DNA of 64,000 nucleotides from NCBI RefSeq assembly GCF_056746865.1, contig NZ_CM163382.1; one strand, 5' to 3'. Shown piece by piece: positions 59,277 to 64,000 of this stretch (position 1 is its first letter; each line of letters starts with the position of its first letter). The notes under the pieces were generated by a model. It saw only the letters and a program-made list of their open reading frames with translations, ran no database searches and was not told where the DNA came from. The position numbers and the translations under genes were made by a program.

Positions 59277-61066
59277 GCACTCAGTACGAAACTCAGGGAT
59301 ACACCATCAATAATGCCGGACGCCGCCTGGTGGTCGACCCGATTACGCGCATTGAAGGCCACATGCGCTGCGAAGTGAATATTAACGATCAGAATGTGAT
59401 CACCAATGCCGTCTCCTGCGGCACCATGTTTCGCGGGCTGGAGATCATCCTGCAAGGGCGTGACCCGCGCGATGCGTGGGCGTTCGTTGAACGTATCTGC
59501 GGCGTCTGTACTGGCGTACACGCCCTGGCTTCGGTTTACGCCATCGAAGATGCCATCGGTATTAAAGTGCCGGACAACGCCAATATCATCCGCAACATTA
59601 TGCTGGCAACGCTCTGGTGCCACGATCATCTGGTGCACTTCTATCAGCTTGCCGGGATGGACTGGATCGATGTGTTAGATGCGCTGAAAGCCGACCCGCG
59701 GAAAACCTCCGAACTGGCGCAAAGTCTCTCCTCTTGGCCGAAATCATCCCCTGGCTATTTCTTCGACGTACAAAATCGCCTGAAGAAATTCGTTGAAGGC
59801 GGCCAGTTGGGGATCTTCCGCAATGGCTACTGGGGGCACCCGCAGTACAAACTGCCGCCAGAAGCCAACCTGATGGGCTTTGCCCACTATCTCGAAGCTC
59901 TCGATTTCCAGCGTGAAATTGTCAAAATCCACGCTGTCTTTGGCGGTAAAAACCCGCATCCAAACTGGATTGTCGGCGGGATGCCTTGCGCCATTAACAT
60001 TGACGAAAGCGGCGCGGTCGGGGCGGTCAATATGGAACGCCTGAACCTGGTGCAGTCGATTATCACCCGCACGGCGGATTTCATTAACAACGTGATGATC
60101 CCCGACGCCTTAGCCATTGGTCAGTTCAACAAACCGTGGAGCGAAATCGGCACGGGTCTTTCTGATAAATGCGTCCTCAGCTATGGCGCATTCCCGGATA
60201 TTGCCAACGACTTTGGTGAGAAAAGTCTGCTGATGCCTGGCGGCGCGGTGATTAACGGCGACTTCAACAATGTGCTGCCAGTGGATTTGGTTGATCCGCA
60301 GCAGGTGCAGGAGTTTGTCGATCACGCCTGGTATCGTTATCCCAACGATCAGGTTGGGCGTCATCCGTTCGATGGCATCACCGACCCGTGGTACAACCCC
60401 GGCGATGTCAAAGGCAGCGATACCAACATTCAGCAGCTGAATGAACAGGAACGCTACTCGTGGATCAAAGCGCCACGCTGGCGCGGTAACGCGATGGAAG
60501 TGGGGCCGCTGGCACGCACGTTAATCGCTTATCACAAAGGCGATGCGGCGACCGTTGAGTCGGTCGATCGCATGATGTCAGCGTTGAACCTGCCGCTTTC
60601 CGGCATCCAGTCAACGTTGGGCCGCATTTTGTGTCGCGCGCACGAAGCGCAGTGGGCCGCAGGTAAGTTGCAGTATTTCTTCGATAAGCTGATGACCAAT
60701 CTGAAAAACGGCAATCTCGCCACTGCTTCCACTGAAAAATGGGAACCTACAACCTGGCCGACAGAGTGCCGTGGCGTCGGCTTTACCGAAGCGCCGCGCG
60801 GGGCGTTAGGCCACTGGGCTGCCATTCGCGATGGCAAGATTGATCTCTATCAGTGCGTGGTGCCGACCACCTGGAACGCCAGCCCGCGCGATCCTAAAGG
60901 GCAAATTGGCGCTTATGAAGCGGCGCTGATGAACACCAAAATGGCGATCCCCGAGCAACCGCTGGAGATCCTGCGTACTCTGCACAGCTTTGATCCGTGC
61001 CTCGCCTGTTCAACACACGTGCTGGGCGACGACGGTAGCGAGCTGATCTCCGTGCAGGTGCGTTAA
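59273..61066 (+). CDS. hyaB: Hydrogenase 1 large subunit ([NiFe])
   Basis: 597-aa ORF with N-terminal RICGVC and C-terminal DPCLACSTH nickel-binding motifs. Confidence 0.96.
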
Positions 61067-61084
61067 CAGCGAAGGAGAATCATC

Positions 61085-61792
61085 ATGCAACAGAAAAGCG
61101 ACAACGTTGTCAGTCACTATGTCTTTGAAGCACCCGTGCGGATATGGCACTGGCTGACGGTGTTATGCATGGCGGTGTTGATGGTCACCGGTTACTTTAT
61201 CGGCAAGCCGCTACCTTCCGTCAGCGGCGAGGCGACGTATCTGTTCTATATGGGCTACATCAGGTTAATTCACTTCAGCGCCGGGATGATTTTTACCGTG
61301 GTCTTGCTGATGCGGATCTACTGGGCTTTTGTTGGCAATCGTTACTCCCGCGAGCTGTTTATCGTGCCGGTATGGCGTAAAAGCTGGTGGCAGGGCGTGT
61401 GGTATGAAATCCGCTGGTATCTGTTTCTGGCAAAACGTCCGAGTGCCGATATAGGCCATAACCCCATCGCCCAGGCGGCGATGTTCGGCTATTTCCTGAT
61501 GTCAGTTTTTATGATCATCACCGGCTTTGCGCTGTACAGCGAACACAGCCAGTACGCTATTTTTGCGCCGTTCCGTTATGTGGTGGAATTTTTCTACTGG
61601 ACGGGCGGCAACTCAATGGACATTCACAGCTGGCATCGGCTGGGGATGTGGCTGATTGGCGCGTTTGTGATCGGTCATGTCTACATGGCGCTGCGTGAAG
61701 ACATCATGTCCGACGACACAGTGATCTCCACCATGGTCAACGGCTACCGTAGCCACAAATTTGGCAAAATAAGTAACAAGGAGCGTTCATGA
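61085..61792 (+). CDS. hyaC: Hydrogenase 1 b-type cytochrome subunit
   Basis: 235-aa membrane ORF immediately after hyaB. Confidence 0.93.
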   Translation: MQQKSDNVVSHYVFEAPVRIWHWLTVLCMAVLMVTGYFIGKPLPSVSGEATYLFYMGYIRLIHFSAGMIFTVVLLMRIYWAFVGNRYSRELFIVPVWRKSWWQGVWYEIRWYLFLAKRPSADIGHNPIAQAAMFGYFLMSVFMIITGFALYSEHSQYAIFAPFRYVVEFFYWTGGNSMDIHSWHRLGMWLIGAFVIGHVYMALREDIMSDDTVISTMVNGYRSHKFGKISNKERS

Positions 61793-62376
61793 GCGAGCAA
61801 CGCGTGGTGGTAATGGGGCTGGGCAATCTGCTGTGGGCCGATGAAGGCTTCGGCGTGCGGGTGGCGGAACGGTTGTATGCCCATTACCACTGGCCCGATG
61901 AAGTCGAGATTGTTGATGGCGGCACTCAGGGACTGAACTTGCTGGGGTATGTCGAAAGCGCCAGCCACTTGCTGATTCTCGACGCCATTGATTACGGGTT
62001 GGAACCCGGAACGCTGCGAACATATGCCGGAGAACGCATTCCGGCTTATCTCAGCGCGAAGAAAATGAGCCTGCACCAGAACAGCTTCTCCGAAGTGCTG
62101 GCGCTGGCGGATATACGTGGTCATTTGCCAGCACATATTGCCCTCGTCGGTCTGCAACCCGCAATGCTCGACGACTACGGCGGTAGCCTGAGCGAACTGG
62201 CACGGGAGCGACTGCCCGCAGCGGAACAGGCGGCGCTGGCGCAGCTGGCTGCATGGGGAATTGTGCCGCAACCGGCTAATGAATCGCGCTGTCTCAATTA
62301 TGACTGTCTGTCGATGGAAAATTATGAAGGCATTCGCTTGCGCCAGTACCGGATGACGCTGGAGGAGCAGAGATGA
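61789..62376 (+). CDS. hyaD: Hydrogenase 1 maturation endopeptidase
   Basis: 195-aa ORF beginning [25 protein letters not shown]. Confidence 0.93.
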   Translation: MSEQRVVVMGLGNLLWADEGFGVRVAERLYAHYHWPDEVEIVDGGTQGLNLLGYVESASHLLILDAIDYGLEPGTLRTYAGERIPAYLSAKKMSLHQNSFSEVLALADIRGHLPAHIALVGLQPAMLDDYGGSLSELARERLPAAEQAALAQLAAWGIVPQPANESRCLNYDCLSMENYEGIRLRQYRMTLEEQR

Positions 62377-62771
62377 GCAACGACACGCCATTTGATGCGT
62401 TGTGGCAACGAATGCTGGCGCGCGGCTGGACGCCGGTCAGTGAATCCCGTCTTGACGACTGGCTTACGCAAGCGCCAGACGGCGTGGTGTTATTAAGCAG
62501 TGACCCGAAACGCACGCCAGAAGTCAGCGATAACCCGGTCATGATTGGCGAATTACTGCGCGAGTTTCCCGACTATACATGGCAGGTAGCGATTGCTGAT
62601 CTTGAGCAGAGCGAAGCCATCGGCGATCGCTTTGGCGTCTTTCGCTTTCCCGCCACATTAGTGTTTACCGGCGGAAACTATCGCGGCGTGCTGAATGGTA
62701 TTCACCCGTGGGCGGAACTGATAAACCTGATGCGCGGGCTTGTCGAACCGCAGCAGGAGCGTGCCTCATGA
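62373..62771 (+). CDS. hyaE: Hydrogenase 1 operon chaperone-like protein HyaE
   Basis: 132-aa ORF whose start and stop both overlap the neighbouring hya genes. Confidence 0.9.
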   Translation: MSNDTPFDALWQRMLARGWTPVSESRLDDWLTQAPDGVVLLSSDPKRTPEVSDNPVMIGELLREFPDYTWQVAIADLEQSEAIGDRFGVFRFPATLVFTGGNYRGVLNGIHPWAELINLMRGLVEPQQERAS

Positions 62772-63625
62772 GCGAAACTTTTTTCCATCTGCTGGGGCCA
62801 GGAACGCAACCGAACGATGACAGTTTCAGCATGAATCCACTGCCGATCACCTGTCAGGTGAATGGTGAACCGAGTATGGCGGCCCTGGAGCAATGTGCTC
62901 ACAGCCCGCAGGTGATTGCGCTGTTAAACGAGTTACAACATCAACTAAGCGAACGCCAGCCGCCGCTGGGTGAGGTACTGGCAGTCGATCTGTTAAATCT
63001 CAACGCCGACGATCGTCACTTTATCAATACGCTTCTCGGGGAAGGGGAAGTGTCAGTGCGCATTCAGCAGGCTGACGACAGTGAAAGTGAAATACAGGAG
63101 GCGATCTTCTGCGGATTATGGCGGGTGCGCAGACGTTGCGGCGAACAGTTGCTGGAGGACAAACTGGAGGCTGGCTGCGCGCCGCTGGCATTGTGGCAGG
63201 CGGCAACGCAAAACGTCTTGCCGACAGATTCGCTGTTACCGCCGCCCATTGATGGCCTGATGAATGGCCTACCGTTGGCTCATGAATTACTGGCACATGT
63301 ACGTAATCCTGACGCGCAGCCGCACAGCATTAATCTGACGCAATTACCTATCAGCGAGGCTGATCGGTTTTTTCTCTCACGTCTCTGTGGGCCGGGAAAT
63401 ATTCAGATTCGTACCATTGGCTATGGCGAGAGCTATATCAACGCCACGGGGTTACGCCATGTCTGGCATTTACGCTGTACGGACACCTTAAAAGGCCCTT
63501 TACTGGAAAGTTATGAAATCTGCCCAATACCGGAAGTGGTGCTGGCAGCGCCAGAAGATTTGGTCGACTCTGCGCAGCGGCTTAGCGAGGTATGTCAGTG
63601 GCTGGCGGAAGCTGCACCGACGTAA
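62768..63625 (+). CDS. hyaF: Hydrogenase 1 operon protein HyaF
   Basis: Track ORF 62708..63625; start moved to [12 protein letters not shown] giving 285 aa. Confidence 0.9.
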   Translation: MSETFFHLLGPGTQPNDDSFSMNPLPITCQVNGEPSMAALEQCAHSPQVIALLNELQHQLSERQPPLGEVLAVDLLNLNADDRHFINTLLGEGEVSVRIQQADDSESEIQEAIFCGLWRVRRRCGEQLLEDKLEAGCAPLALWQAATQNVLPTDSLLPPPIDGLMNGLPLAHELLAHVRNPDAQPHSINLTQLPISEADRFFLSRLCGPGNIQIRTIGYGESYINATGLRHVWHLRCTDTLKGPLLESYEICPIPEVVLAAPEDLVDSAQRLSEVCQWLAEAAPT

Positions 63626-63758
63626 AAAGACGGTAAGTATCGCTTTCAGTCTTATGAATATCGCAATCGGCGAATACCTCTGGTCGTAGAGTTTCAGGAT
63701 AAAGAGGGAGATCTACCATTATCGGGTTATTTTTCTCTCTTCGCCTACAGGAGTGCGC

Positions 63759-64000
63759 ATGTGGGATGTCATTGATTTATCGCGCTGGCAGTTTGCTCTG
63801 ACCGCGCTGTATCACTTTTTATTTGTACCCCTTACCCTGGGGCTGATTTTTTTGCTGGCTATCATGGAAACCATTTATGTGGTCACCGGCAAAACGATCT
63901 ACCGCGATATGACGCGCTTCTGGGGTAAGCTCTTCGGTATCAACTTTGCTCTTGGCGTGGCTACCGGCCTGACCATGGAGTTTCAGTTTGGTACTAACTG
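63759..64000 (+). CDS. appC: Cytochrome bd-II ubiquinol oxidase subunit I, 3' end cut by window edge
   Basis: ATG at 63759 with AGGAG RBS; translation [41 protein letters not shown]... is the typical CydA/AppC N-terminus. Confidence 0.9.
   Translation, partial: MWDVIDLSRWQFALTALYHFLFVPLTLGLIFLLAIMETIYVVTGKTIYRDMTRFWGKLFGINFALGVATGLTMEFQFGTN

Noticed and set aside
61744-62391. 215-aa ORF antisense to hyaD
   Set aside because: Fully inside hyaD on the opposite strand; spurious.

Overview
This window reads as an ordinary enterobacterial core-chromosome segment, collinear with the Escherichia coli K-12 lpxK to appC region; I found no novel or undescribed multi-gene system in it. Every long ORF that does not overlap a recognisable gene lies antisense inside a conserved gene and was rejected. 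Gene order is: lpxK (5' truncated), ycaQ, ycaR, kdsB, ycbJ, elyC, cmoM, mukFEB, ldtD, mepK (ycbK), gloC (ycbL), aspC, ompF, asnS, pncB, pepN, [IS insertion], ssuBCDAE, pyrD, zapC, ycbX, rlmKL, uup, pqiABC, rmf, fabA, ycbZ, matP, ompA, sulA, sxy, yccS, yccF, helD, mgsA, yccT, yccU, hspQ, rlmI, yccX, tusE, yccA, tRNA-Ser (serT), hyaABCDEF and the start of appC. Two strain-specific features stand out. First, a complete 1432-bp IS3-family element (IS1397-like) sits inside a REP palindrome between pepN and ssuB, with near-perfect terminal inverted repeats, a 4-bp target duplication and an in-frame A_AAA_AAG slippery site. Second, ssuE and pyrD are separated by only about 236 bp, whereas I recall K-12 carrying the elf/ycb chaperone-usher fimbrial operon there. 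Gene symbols come from my recognition of the translated proteins; starts were moved to internal methionines where the ORF track over-extends the N-terminus. Nothing was checked against a database.
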